Source: Flavobacteriales bacterium (GTDB lineage: Bacteria > Bacteroidota > Bacteroidia > UBA10329). Taken from it: DNA of 64,000 nt. The position numbers and the translations under genes were made by a program. The DNA lies in NCBI GenBank assembly GCA_020635495.1, contig JACJZQ010000004.1:121021-185020 (forward strand), in the 5' to 3' direction. Each line of letters starts with the position of its first letter. Positions within the stretch are counted from its first letter, which is position 1. Under the pieces are notes generated by a model. That model had not been told where the DNA came from. It saw only the letters and a list, made by a program, of their open reading frames with translations, and searched no databases. Below, piece after piece: positions 9,635 through 18,704 of this stretch.

Positions 9635-10915
9635 ATGTCAGAGTCTATAACACAACAGTTACCAACGGTATCTGATCTTGCAGAAAACCTAGTGGGCTCA
9701 GAGATCATTAAGATCGCTGGCCAAATAAATGACCGTATTGCTCAAGGAGAAGACATTACCAACCTTACCATTGGCGATTTCAATCCGCATATTTACCCTC
9801 TTCCGAAAGGACTTCTGAATGAGATAATTGCCGCCTACGAGGCCGGTCATACCAACTACCCGCAGGCTAACGGTATGGAGGTACTGCGCGAGGCGGTGAG
9901 CAACTACATCGCAACGCGTCAAAAACTGAAGTATTCCAAAGACGATATTCTCATTTCCGGTGGTGCACGGCCATTGATCTACGCCACTTACAAAGCGTTG
10001 GTAAACGAAGGTGAGAAAGTTGTGTTTCCTATTCCAAGCTGGAACAATAACCACTATACATACCTCAATTTTGCAAAGCCTGTAGAAATTGACTGTACGC
10101 CTGAAAACAAGTTTCTTCCAACGGCAGATGACATCAGACCGCATGTTCAAGATGCGGCACTCATTGCCTTGTGCTCTCCACTGAATCCAACAGGAACCTC
10201 CTTTTCAAAAAAGGCGTTGGAAGAGATCTGTGATCTTATCATCGAAGAGAATAAGAGACGGGTTGGTCAGAAACCACTTTATCTGCTTTACGATCAAATT
10301 TACTGGGCGCTTACGCTGGGTAAATCCAAGCATTACGACCCGGTTTCTTTAAGACCGGAAATGCGGAAATACACCGTTTATGTAGATGGTATTTCCAAGG
10401 CATTTGCAGCAACGGGTGTGCGTGTTGGCTGGGCCTTCGGACCTACCAAGGTCATGGCCAAAATGCGCGCATTGCTGAGTCATGTTGGAGCTTGGTCTCC
10501 AAAACCGGAGCAGATCGCTACGGCTGCTTTTCTGCAGCGTGAGGATGCTGTGGAAGCTACCATTGCCCGACACAGAGACATGATCTCTGAAAGAGTGAAC
10601 AAATTGTACAACGGCTTTTCTGCACTTCGCGAAGTAGGTTACCCCGTAGACGCCATTCAGGCCGAAGGTGCCATGTACCTCACGGTTAAAATAGACCTTA
10701 TAGGAAAGACCACTGCAAGCGGTGAAGTCTTGAAAGATGCGGAAGATGTTACCATGTTCCTGATCAAGGAAGCCAAGGTCGGATTCGTACCGTTCTATTG
10801 TTTCGGGGCATCCCGTCAAAGTCCGTGGTTCAGAATTTCGGTCGGAACGCTACAGTTGGAATCGGTACCTGTGGTCATTGAAAATCTTCGCACCGCGCTC
10901 AACCAATTCAAATAA
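9635..10915 (+). CDS. Class I/II PLP-dependent aminotransferase
   Basis: PLP-lysine motif GISKAFAATGVRVGW, 426 aa, with the aspartate/aromatic aminotransferase-like NPTG motif (SPLNPTGT). Confidence 0.8.
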   Translation: MSESITQQLPTVSDLAENLVGSEIIKIAGQINDRIAQGEDITNLTIGDFNPHIYPLPKGLLNEIIAAYEAGHTNYPQANGMEVLREAVSNYIATRQKLKYSKDDILISGGARPLIYATYKALVNEGEKVVFPIPSWNNNHYTYLNFAKPVEIDCTPENKFLPTADDIRPHVQDAALIALCSPLNPTGTSFSKKALEEICDLIIEENKRRVGQKPLYLLYDQIYWALTLGKSKHYDPVSLRPEMRKYTVYVDGISKAFAATGVRVGWAFGPTKVMAKMRALLSHVGAWSPKPEQIATAAFLQREDAVEATIARHRDMISERVNKLYNGFSALREVGYPVDAIQAEGAMYLTVKIDLIGKTTASGEVLKDAEDVTMFLIKEAKVGFVPFYCFGASRQSPWFRISVGTLQLESVPVVIENLRTALNQFK

Positions 10916-12000
10916 TGAGAAAAAACCCGAATCACTATGTAGTGATAATGGCTGGCGGAATCGGTTCGCGATTCTGGCCTATGAGCCGAACACCCCATCC
11001 CAAGCAGTTTCTCGACATTCTTGGAACAGGAAAAACCCTGCTTCAGCAGACGTATGATCGGGCTAAAAAAATTGTTCCGGTTGAGAATATCCTCATCGTT
11101 ACCAACTCTGAGTATCGAGGTCTGGTAAAAGAGCAATTGAAAGGAATCAAAACCTCTCAAATGCTATTGGAGCCGGCCAGAAGGAATACGGCTCCGTGTG
11201 TAGCCTACGCGGCATTCCGCATCAAGGCAAAAAATCCAAACGCCAGTATGGTGGTGGCGCCTTCAGATCATCTTATTTTGAAAGACAAGGAATATGTATC
11301 GCTTATCAATCAGGCGTTGGCCGAAGTGGATAAGAGCGATTCACTCATAACCCTTGGCATTACTCCAACACGTCCTGACACAGGATATGGTTATATCCAG
11401 TTTCAGGATTGCGGTTTGGATGGAATCTGCAAGGTGAAAACCTTTACCGAGAAGCCCGATCTGGAAATGGCCAAAACCTTGGTGAAAAGCGGGGAATTTC
11501 TTTGGAATGCCGGCATTTTCATTTGGTCAGTTAAAGGCATTTTGTCCGCTTTCGAGAATCTGATGCCAGAGATGTATCAGACATTCCAAGAAGGAGAGGA
11601 TCAATTTGGAACAAAAGAGGAGAAGAAGTTTGTGGAACTTGCTTACACCCAGTGCAAGAGCATTTCCATTGATTATGGTGTTATGGAGAAGGCCAAGAAC
11701 GTTTACACCATTGCTGCAGATATTGGTTGGAGTGATCTAGGAACATGGGGTTCTCTTTATTCTTATTCGGACAAGGACGAAGACGGACACGTTATTCAAG
11801 GCCGCAATGTCTTGACCTATGATTCGAAAAACTGCATCGTCAATGTTCCGAAAAATAAGCTGGTTGTGCTTCAGGGAATGAAGGACATGATCGTGGTGGA
11901 GAATGATGATATTCTACTTGTTTGCCGTCAGAAAGATGAGCAGCAGATAAAGCGTATCGTTAACGATGTGAAAGCCACGAAAGGCGATAAGTTCGTTTAG
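10915..12000 (+). CDS. Mannose-1-phosphate guanylyltransferase
   Basis: N-terminal nucleotidyltransferase motif VIMAGGIGSRFWPMSR, 361 aa. The start overlaps the previous stop (TAATG). Confidence 0.82.
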   Translation: MRKNPNHYVVIMAGGIGSRFWPMSRTPHPKQFLDILGTGKTLLQQTYDRAKKIVPVENILIVTNSEYRGLVKEQLKGIKTSQMLLEPARRNTAPCVAYAAFRIKAKNPNASMVVAPSDHLILKDKEYVSLINQALAEVDKSDSLITLGITPTRPDTGYGYIQFQDCGLDGICKVKTFTEKPDLEMAKTLVKSGEFLWNAGIFIWSVKGILSAFENLMPEMYQTFQEGEDQFGTKEEKKFVELAYTQCKSISIDYGVMEKAKNVYTIAADIGWSDLGTWGSLYSYSDKDEDGHVIQGRNVLTYDSKNCIVNVPKNKLVVLQGMKDMIVVENDDILLVCRQKDEQQIKRIVNDVKATKGDKFV

Positions 12001-12020
12001 ATAGCAAGAATGGTTAACTA

Positions 12021-12050
12021 AAAAGCCCGGCCAATTTGGCCGGGCTTTTT
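12021..12050. terminator. Bidirectional terminator
   Basis: A 13-bp stem, AAAAGCCCGGCCA with TGGCCGGGCTTTT, between the convergent manC-like gene and fumC. Confidence 0.85.
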
Positions 12051-12069
12051 AATTGAATGGAATATCATT

Positions 12070-13467
12070 CTACAGACTCCCGATCATCTTTTTCGGGTCA
12101 ACCCACTCATCATATTCTTCCGAAGTTAGGTAACCCAAAGCCAAAGCAGCAGCTTTCAGGGTTGTGCCTTCTTGGTGCGCTTTTCCAGCAATCTCTGCTG
12201 CCTTGTAGTAGCCGATCTTGGTGTTCAATGCGGTCACCAACATCAAACTGTTGTTTACCAACTCAGTGATACGCGTGTGATTCGGCTCAATACCTTGCGC
12301 ACAATGCTCATCAAATGACACGCAGGCGTCTCCTATCAATCGTGCAGATTGAAGCACGTTGTATGCCATCACAGGTTTGAAAACATTCAACTCATAATGG
12401 CCTTGCGTTCCAGCAATGGTGACTGCCGTGTCATTTCCCATTACCTGTGCACAAACCATTGTCAGGGCTTCACATTGAGTTGGGTTTACTTTTCCCGGCA
12501 TAATGGAAGAACCTGGCTCATTCGCAGGAATGATCAACTCGCCAATTCCTGAACGCGGGCCAGAAGCCATCATTCGGATATCGTTGGCGATCTTATTCAA
12601 CGAAACTGCCAACTGCTTCAATGCTCCGTGGGTTTCCACCAACGCATCGTGGGCAGCCAAAGCTTCAAACTTGTTCTCGGCAGAAACGAAAGGAAGCCCA
12701 GAGAACTCCGCAATCTTTTTCGCTACCAACTCGGCATAGCCTTTTGGAGTGTTGATTCCAGTACCAACAGCAGTTCCACCAAGTGCCAATTCACTCAAAT
12801 GCGGAAGCGTGTTTTTCAAAGCTTTCAACCCGTGGTCCAATTGCGAAACATAACCGCTGAATTCCTGTCCAAGTGTTAGTGGCGTGGCATCCATTAGGTG
12901 CGTACGACCGATCTTCACAACATCCTTGAATTCAACTGATTTCTTCTTCAGCGTATCGCGAAGAATCTCAACTCCAGGAATAGTGGTTTCTACCACCATT
13001 TTGTAGCACGCAATGTGCATTCCGGTAGGGTAGGTGTCGTTCGATGACTGACTCTTGTTCACATCATCATTCGGTTTCAGCACCTTGTCTTTGTCATCCA
13101 ACTTGCCTCCACTTATTACATGAGCGCGATTTGCAATCACTTCATTGCAGTTCATATTGCTCTGCGTTCCAGAACCGGTTTGCCAGATCACCAACGGGAA
13201 TTGATCATCATGTTTTCCTTCCAGAATTTCATCGCAAACAGCAGAAATCAGGTCTCGCTTTTTCTCGTCCAATACACCCAATTCACAATTGGTGTGTGCC
13301 GCGGCCTTTTTCAGGTAGGCAAATCCGTAGATAACCTCTAAAGGCATGCTTGCTACAGGGCCAATTTTGAAGTTGTTGCGCGAACGCTCGGTCTGTGCGC
13401 CCCAGTATTTATCGGCAGGTACTTGAACCTCGCCCATGGTATCTTTCTCAATTCTATAATCTGACAT
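12070..13467 (-). CDS. fumC: Class II fumarate hydratase
   Basis: Signature [11 protein letters not shown], 465 aa, and an N-terminus [26 protein letters not shown] typical of FumC. Confidence 0.95.
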   Translation of the reverse strand: MSDYRIEKDTMGEVQVPADKYWGAQTERSRNNFKIGPVASMPLEVIYGFAYLKKAAAHTNCELGVLDEKKRDLISAVCDEILEGKHDDQFPLVIWQTGSGTQSNMNCNEVIANRAHVISGGKLDDKDKVLKPNDDVNKSQSSNDTYPTGMHIACYKMVVETTIPGVEILRDTLKKKSVEFKDVVKIGRTHLMDATPLTLGQEFSGYVSQLDHGLKALKNTLPHLSELALGGTAVGTGINTPKGYAELVAKKIAEFSGLPFVSAENKFEALAAHDALVETHGALKQLAVSLNKIANDIRMMASGPRSGIGELIIPANEPGSSIMPGKVNPTQCEALTMVCAQVMGNDTAVTIAGTQGHYELNVFKPVMAYNVLQSARLIGDACVSFDEHCAQGIEPNHTRITELVNNSLMLVTALNTKIGYYKAAEIAGKAHQEGTTLKAAALALGYLTSEEYDEWVDPKKMIGSL

Positions 13468-13520
13468 GGTGTTTCTGATTAGGCCGACAAATTTATCCGC
13501 AGAATCCTAGCATTCAAACT

Positions 13521-14696
13521 ATGGCTAACTTTGATTTGAACAACTTGACAATTATCATGAGTAACATTTTAGGTGCGGCCTTTCTACTTCTTGCCAGCTT
13601 CGCGAAAGGACAAACCATTACTGGTACCATCATGCATGATGGGATTGTGAGGGATTATCGGTTGTATGTGCCGGCAGTGTATGATGGTTCTGAGGCGGTG
13701 CCGTTGGTTTTTAACTTACATGGTTATACGTCTAATGCTTTTCAGCAGGAAGCTTACGGAGATTTCAGGCCAATAGCTGACACGGCAAACTTCTTACTTG
13801 TTCATCCTAACGGAACGCAAGACCAATCGGGAACCACATTCTGGAATGCTTTCGGTTCTCCTTCTGAAACCGTAGATGATGTGGGCTTTCTTTCAGCACT
13901 TATCGATTCGCTTAACGCTGATTACAACATAGATCTGAACCGAGTTTACAGCACTGGCATGAGCAACGGAGGGTTTATGAGCTATCGACTTGCATGTGAG
14001 CTCGGGTCTCGAATTGCGGCTATTGCTTCGGTTACAGGCGCCATGATAGACCCCGCTTTCTTGGCATGTAACCCATCCCATCCAACACCGGCCATGCAGA
14101 TACACGGAACGGCCGATCCAACAGTGCCGTACAATGGCGCAACTGGAGTGTTGGGTGCTGTTGCGAGTGCGGAATATTGGGTCGGTTTCAATAACTGCAA
14201 CCCAACGCCTGTTGAAACAGCTGTTCCTGATATTGACATGACCGATCTGTGCACGGCTGATCATTTTGTTTACAGCGGGGGAGACGCAGGGTCGTCCGTT
14301 GAATTCTACAGAGTAAATGGTGGAGCCCATACTTGGCCAGGAACCAATCCGTTTTTCGTAACGCTTGGAGTCACCAACCAGGATTTTTCGGCCTCAGTAG
14401 AAATCTGGCGGTTCTTTAGTCAGTATCGATTGAATGAGTTGGTTGGAGTGGATGACCTGAGTGAAGAGGAAGTTAGCTTCACGGTCTTTCCAAATCCATC
14501 CAATGGCGATTTTCGAATTCAATTTGAGGAGTATGGAAATAGAACGATTGAACTTCGAAATGCCTTAGGTCAATTGGTAAAGGTGTTTCAAACAACCGAG
14601 TCTGGTCTTGATCTGAATATCGACAGAACAGGAATTTACTTTCTAACTATTGAGCAAGATGGTGTCAGACATTCGAAAAAATTGATCGTGGAATGA
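13521..14696 (+). CDS. Secreted esterase (PHB-depolymerase/LpqC-like alpha/beta hydrolase) with a T9SS type-A CTD
   Basis: Nucleophile elbow GMSNGG. The C-terminus FTVFPNPSNGDFRIQF ... GIYFLTIEQDGVRHSKKLIVE has the sorting-domain pattern. Alternative start at ATG 13557. Confidence 0.7.
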   Translation: MANFDLNNLTIIMSNILGAAFLLLASFAKGQTITGTIMHDGIVRDYRLYVPAVYDGSEAVPLVFNLHGYTSNAFQQEAYGDFRPIADTANFLLVHPNGTQDQSGTTFWNAFGSPSETVDDVGFLSALIDSLNADYNIDLNRVYSTGMSNGGFMSYRLACELGSRIAAIASVTGAMIDPAFLACNPSHPTPAMQIHGTADPTVPYNGATGVLGAVASAEYWVGFNNCNPTPVETAVPDIDMTDLCTADHFVYSGGDAGSSVEFYRVNGGAHTWPGTNPFFVTLGVTNQDFSASVEIWRFFSQYRLNELVGVDDLSEEEVSFTVFPNPSNGDFRIQFEEYGNRTIELRNALGQLVKVFQTTESGLDLNIDRTGIYFLTIEQDGVRHSKKLIVE

Positions 14697-14754
14697 GAAA
14701 GATCACTTGTCCAAATGGTTGGCATACATTACTTTCGCCTCAAATTCTAAGAAA

Positions 14755-14925
14755 ATGAGTGTCGGTATCGTTGTAATTTTCGCTTATATGCTTCTCGGGT
14801 TCTGGATGTTGGTATTCCTAGGACTATGGATTCCATTGATGGCAACACTTCTTTTCATGGAAAGATTCAGTCCAGAAATGGGCGAGAAATTGGCGGCAAT
14901 GATTGCCCCAAGAGCACAAGACTAA
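14755..14925 (+). CDS. Small two-helix membrane protein (56 aa from ATG 14755; the ORF-track start at 14707 is TTG)
   Basis: MSVGIVVIFAYMLLGFWMLVFLGLWIPLMATLLF gives two hydrophobic helices. It is followed by a hairpin plus T-run at 14949-14974. No recognised family. Confidence 0.35.
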   Translation: MSVGIVVIFAYMLLGFWMLVFLGLWIPLMATLLFMERFSPEMGEKLAAMIAPRAQD

Positions 14926-15260
14926 AGCAACGTTTTAACGTTTTCAGGAGGCCGTCCCAAGACGGCCTTTTTTTGTTTTACAACAATCGGTCGTTCGATC
15001 AGTTTCGGGTATTTCACCATCGCAGCGATCCACTCATCGTCAGAAAGGTCTTTGCCCTTGTAATTGTCTTTGAAATCTGCTTCACCACGTCTAAGCAGGT
15101 CATATGGCTTTATGCCAAGCATGGCAATCAACTCCTTCAGTTCTGCCTCAGTTGGAATATCATTCAGATACTCAATGATCTCAGGTTCTATTCCTGCGTT
15201 GTGGATCAACTCCAAAGTTTGTCTCGACTTTGTACATCGTGGATTGTGATAGATTTTCAT
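14922..15260 (-). CDS. arsC: ArsC-family (glutaredoxin-type arsenate reductase / YffB-like) protein
   Basis: MKIYHNPRCTKSRQTLELI matches the HNPxCxxSR catalytic-Cys motif of R773-type ArsC, 112 aa. Conserved Arg positions occur in LLRRGE, IERPIV and LGRPPE. Confidence 0.7.
   Translation of the reverse strand: MKIYHNPRCTKSRQTLELIHNAGIEPEIIEYLNDIPTEAELKELIAMLGIKPYDLLRRGEADFKDNYKGKDLSDDEWIAAMVKYPKLIERPIVVKQKKAVLGRPPENVKTLL
14949..14974 (+). terminator. Hairpin plus T-run terminator for the small plus-strand gene, embedded in the 3' coding end of arsC
   Basis: AGGCCGTC-CCAA-GACGGCCT followed by TTTTTTT. It lies inside the codons for VLGRPPEN of the minus-strand gene. Confidence 0.5.
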
Positions 15261-15269
15261 GGTACGAAG

Positions 15270-15301
15270 TTATGAAGGGATGAAGTATTGAGGTTATGAA
15301 G
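15270..15301 (+). repeat. Array of four tandem octamers: TTATGAAG GGATGAAG TATTGAGG TTATGAAG
   Basis: Read directly, period 8, consensus KWATGARG. It overlaps the stop of the four-helix-bundle gene and ends 9 nt from the arsC start codon. Confidence 0.75.
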
Positions 15302-15668
15302 AGGTTTTCGCGTCAAGGGACTTGATTAGCCCGTTGAGCAGTGCAGCACACTTTTGTTCCTGTTCGTTAAGGGGTCTGATTCTTTCAGAATTACAGAAGT
15401 CCAACAGCACGCAAAGGTCTAGGACCGTGTTTACTTCACTTAGCGAACCTCTGGCGATATGAAGAAAGTGCTTGAACTCACTATCGGTATTTCTTCCAGC
15501 TCCTTCTGCAATATTCAGCGGAATGGAAACAGCCGCGCGTTTCAGTTGGGAGATGATGTTGAACTTTTCCTCGGAAGGCAATTCTAAGGCGAAAACGTAA
15601 ACCAACCGCACAAGCTCCATAGACTCTTGCCAAGCCATCAAGTTTTTATGCGGCCATCCTTTCTTCAT
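15294..15668 (-). CDS. Four-helix-bundle protein (TIGR02436 / 23S rRNA intervening-sequence protein / Avd-like family)
   Basis: 124 aa. The pattern SIPLNIAEGAGRNTDSEFKHFLHIARGSLSEV is the hallmark of this family. Confidence 0.8.
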   Translation of the reverse strand: MKKGWPHKNLMAWQESMELVRLVYVFALELPSEEKFNIISQLKRAAVSIPLNIAEGAGRNTDSEFKHFLHIARGSLSEVNTVLDLCVLLDFCNSERIRPLNEQEQKCAALLNGLIKSLDAKTSS

Positions 15669-15694
15669 TCCTTCATCACCTCATAACCTCATTC
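15663..15694 (-). repeat. Array of four tandem octamers on the minus strand: GAATGAGG TTATGAGG TGATGAAG GAATGAAG
   Basis: Read directly, same KWATGARG consensus, inverted relative to 15270-15301. It overlaps the prfB stop codon and the first two codons of the four-helix-bundle gene. Confidence 0.75.
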
Positions 15695-16789
15695 CGAAGT
15701 ATTTTCGTTTCCGAACTGCAACAGGTATCCTTTGATGAACTTGTTCAGGTCTCCATCCATTACACCTTGAATGTCCGAGGTTTCAATTCCAGAGCGGAGG
15801 TCTTTCACCAATTTATAAGGGTGGAAGACATAGTTTCTGATCTGTGCTCCGAATTCCACTTTCATCTTAGAGCCTTCCACTTCGGCACGCTTTGCCAAGC
15901 GCTTTCTGAGCTCAATGTCGTAAAGCTGTGATTTGAGGAGTTTCAGCGCAGCTTCACGGTTTGCCAACTGAGAACGGCTTTCCGTGTTTCGTATAATGAT
16001 ACCGCTGGGGTGGTGCGTTACGCGAACGCCCGTTTCCACCTTGTTCACGTTCTGACCGCCAGCACCTCCTGATCGGAAAGTGTCCCAACTCAGATCTGCT
16101 GGATTGATCTCAATTTCAATGGAGTCATCCACAACGGGATAAACGAAAACCGAAGCGAAAGACGTGTGGCGTCTTGCGTTACTATCGAACGGTGAAATTC
16201 TGACCAGACGATGCACACCGTTTTCTCCTTTCAGGTTTCCGTAAGCGTATTCTCCCTCAATCTGAAGAGAGCAAGAGCGGATGCCGGCAATGTCATCTTC
16301 CTGAATGTCGTTTTCCGTAACCTTGAAACCATTCTTCTCCGCCCACATGATGTACATACGCATCAGCATGCCGGCCCAGTCACAACTTTCTGTTCCGCCT
16401 GCACCTGAGTTTATCTCCAGAACAGCACTCAGTTCATCACCCTCATCGCCCAACATGTTTCTGAACTCAAGATCCTCGAGTAGGTCAGTGAAATTCTCGC
16501 GCTGTGCCTCAACTTCTTCTTCGCTCGCCTCTCCTTCTTTGTTGAACTCGTATAGTACAACCAGGTCTTCCAATGCAGTTTCGGCCGCAGCATAAGCCTT
16601 GGTCCATTCCTTCTTGGCGTTGGTTTTCTTCATCAAGGCTTCTGCCTGCTGTGGATCGTCCCAAAAGCCGGGTGCCAAGGTGGTCTGAGTTTCCTCCTCA
16701 ATTTCGCGCAGTTTGCGGTCAATTTCCAGATAACCACGTAGGTCGGAAAGACGTTTTTTAAGGTCGTTAAGTTGATCGGATGTGATCAT
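15689..16789 (-). CDS. prfB: Peptide chain release factor 2, encoded as one uninterrupted frame
   Basis: GGQ motif (SGGAGGQNVNKVETGV), SPF tripeptide (RISPFDS), 366 aa. The usual frameshift region reads LRGYLEIDRK in frame. Confidence 0.93.
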   Translation of the reverse strand: MITSDQLNDLKKRLSDLRGYLEIDRKLREIEEETQTTLAPGFWDDPQQAEALMKKTNAKKEWTKAYAAAETALEDLVVLYEFNKEGEASEEEVEAQRENFTDLLEDLEFRNMLGDEGDELSAVLEINSGAGGTESCDWAGMLMRMYIMWAEKNGFKVTENDIQEDDIAGIRSCSLQIEGEYAYGNLKGENGVHRLVRISPFDSNARRHTSFASVFVYPVVDDSIEIEINPADLSWDTFRSGGAGGQNVNKVETGVRVTHHPSGIIIRNTESRSQLANREAALKLLKSQLYDIELRKRLAKRAEVEGSKMKVEFGAQIRNYVFHPYKLVKDLRSGIETSDIQGVMDGDLNKFIKGYLLQFGNENTSE

Positions 16790-16849
16790 TCGGTTGTGTT
16801 TACAAAGGGTTATTCCCTTGGCGCAAAAGTAATAGAACTAAGATGGGGT

Positions 16850-17305
16850 TCAGAGGTCTTTGATGGCTTCGGTCACCAAATTCCCTTCGAATCCGCGGCC
16901 CGTTACAAATCGGTAGATCGCGCCTCTGCGTTTCCACGGGTTCTTCTCTTTCAGCTTGGACCTTTTCAGTTCAATGGCCTCTTGCAGTGCTTGCAGGTAG
17001 CTGTCTTCGTCAATTTCGGTCAAAGCCAATTGAATGCATCGTTTACTGACATCATGCTGCTTCAAACCTTGAATGATCTTGATCCGTCCCCATTTTTTGA
17101 TGTTGAATTTCCCTCGAACGTAGGTTCTTGCAAATCGCTCTTCGTTGAGGAAATTCTCTTGAATAAGTGCCAACAGCATTTCATCCCGCCATTCTTGCGG
17201 AATGTTCAGATCCCACATTTTCTGAACAACATCATGATGACTGCGTTCTTGATATGCGCAATACTTCCGAAGCTTTTCCAGTAATGCCTTTGGGCCTTCT
17301 TCCAT
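16850..17305 (-). CDS. recX: Regulatory protein RecX
   Basis: 151 aa with three-helix repeats. KLRKYCAYQERSHHDVVQKM ... FLNEERFARTYVRGKF is the RecX pattern. Confidence 0.8.
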   Translation of the reverse strand: MEEGPKALLEKLRKYCAYQERSHHDVVQKMWDLNIPQEWRDEMLLALIQENFLNEERFARTYVRGKFNIKKWGRIKIIQGLKQHDVSKRCIQLALTEIDEDSYLQALQEAIELKRSKLKEKNPWKRRGAIYRFVTGRGFEGNLVTEAIKDL

Positions 17306-17423
17306 TCTCGAAAATTACGATTAGACTGATTAGTGACCCGCGACCAGCGAACTTTGTTGACGGAAAATCTTGTGGCTTGCACCTTTCGCCTTACGACTAA
17401 GGTTAGTTTTGCCGCACCTGATC

Positions 17424-18704
17424 ATGGAGAATAAACGCGCCCTCACGCTACTGCTCACATCTCATGTGGTTTCCAGCTTTGCGCAGGGCATCACCATGCT
17501 TTCCATACCATGGTATTTCGCTTCAATCGTTGGCGAATCTGTTGTGTTTGGAAAGGTGTTGGCCATCGCCACGTTTATCAGCATTTTCTGGAGTTTGTTT
17601 GCGGGGACTCTCATTGACCGATACCCACGGAAGAACATCTTTTGGATTGCTTCCATCATAGGGTTTGTGGTGCTTGGCTTTGCCGGATTGTATGGCGAAA
17701 ACACGGGTGAAGCTCCGATATGGCTTGTGGCGGGCATTTTTGTGTTCACGTTTTTCGGATTCAACATTCATTACCCGAATCTGTATGCGTTTTCGCAGCA
17801 GTTGGCTGCCAGACGAGATTACGGAAGAATCAATTCGTTGCTGGAAATTCTAGGTCAGAGTACCAATGTCATATCTGGAGCATTTGGGGCGGTGCTTCTG
17901 TCGGGTACCGCGGGCGGAAGCCTCAATATGATGGGACTACAGATTGATTTCCCATTTGAAATAGATGCTTGGACCATTTCGGAGATCTTTCTGCTTGATG
18001 CCAGCACGTACGCTATTGCAGCCTGCATCATTCCGTTCATCCAATTTGTGGAGGTTGACCCTTTGCCCGTTGATATGGAGCGAATTGCAGAACGTTTCAA
18101 ACGTGGTTGGCGGTTTTTAATGCTGAATAAAGAACTGCTGGTCTTCGGACTTACCACTTATTCCATTTTCGTGGTTCTGCTTGTGGAGGTTCAGTTTTTA
18201 CTGCCCATTTACGTGGACAAGCATTTGCAAACGGGCGCGGATGTTTACGCAAGCAGCGAGGTGTATTTTGCGTTGGGGAGCCTCTTTGCAGGTATGTTCA
18301 TCCGAAGGTTGACCAGAAAAATCCCTGCGGCAAATTCCATCATTGTATTGATGCTTATTGCCGGAGTTTCTTTCGTGGTTGTGGCATTCACCAGAAGTGT
18401 TCTTGGGTTCTACCTGTTCTCTGTTCTCATTGGGTTTTCCAATGCTGGTACCCGAATTACCAGAGTTACTTATCTGTTCGAAAACGTTCCGAACAACATC
18501 ATCGGCAGAGCCAATAGCATTTTCTATGTCTATAACATCACAAGCCGCGGAATTCTGCTTACGGCATTTTCAATGGCGTTCTTCTCCGAAGGGAATAACA
18601 TTATTTGGAGTTATGTGATCTGCGGTTCGTTCATCCTTGTTTCGGTGCTACCGCTTGTTGCCATTGCCAGCAAATTGAAAGACCTGAAGATCAATACGGT
18701 CTGA
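17424..18704 (+). CDS. MFS transporter
   Basis: About 12 predicted TM helices, with the loop 2-3 motif GTLIDRYPRKN. The ATG at 17424 is preferred over the upstream extension of the ORF track. Confidence 0.8.
   Translation: MENKRALTLLLTSHVVSSFAQGITMLSIPWYFASIVGESVVFGKVLAIATFISIFWSLFAGTLIDRYPRKNIFWIASIIGFVVLGFAGLYGENTGEAPIWLVAGIFVFTFFGFNIHYPNLYAFSQQLAARRDYGRINSLLEILGQSTNVISGAFGAVLLSGTAGGSLNMMGLQIDFPFEIDAWTISEIFLLDASTYAIAACIIPFIQFVEVDPLPVDMERIAERFKRGWRFLMLNKELLVFGLTTYSIFVVLLVEVQFLLPIYVDKHLQTGADVYASSEVYFALGSLFAGMFIRRLTRKIPAANSIIVLMLIAGVSFVVVAFTRSVLGFYLFSVLIGFSNAGTRITRVTYLFENVPNNIIGRANSIFYVYNITSRGILLTAFSMAFFSEGNNIIWSYVICGSFILVSVLPLVAIASKLKDLKINTV

Noticed and set aside
15294-15668. The possibility that the Avd-like four-helix-bundle gene marks a diversity-generating retroelement.
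   Set aside because: There is no reverse transcriptase ORF nearby and no template/variable repeat pair. The neighbours are prfB, recX and arsC. The flanking octamer arrays are reported separately.
17306-17423. The direct repeat GATTAG-ACT-GATTAG and a possible regulatory RNA in the recX / MFS divergent region.
   Set aside because: The repeat is only 6 nt, with no palindromic symmetry or conserved riboswitch-like structure that I could fold. This is insufficient evidence.
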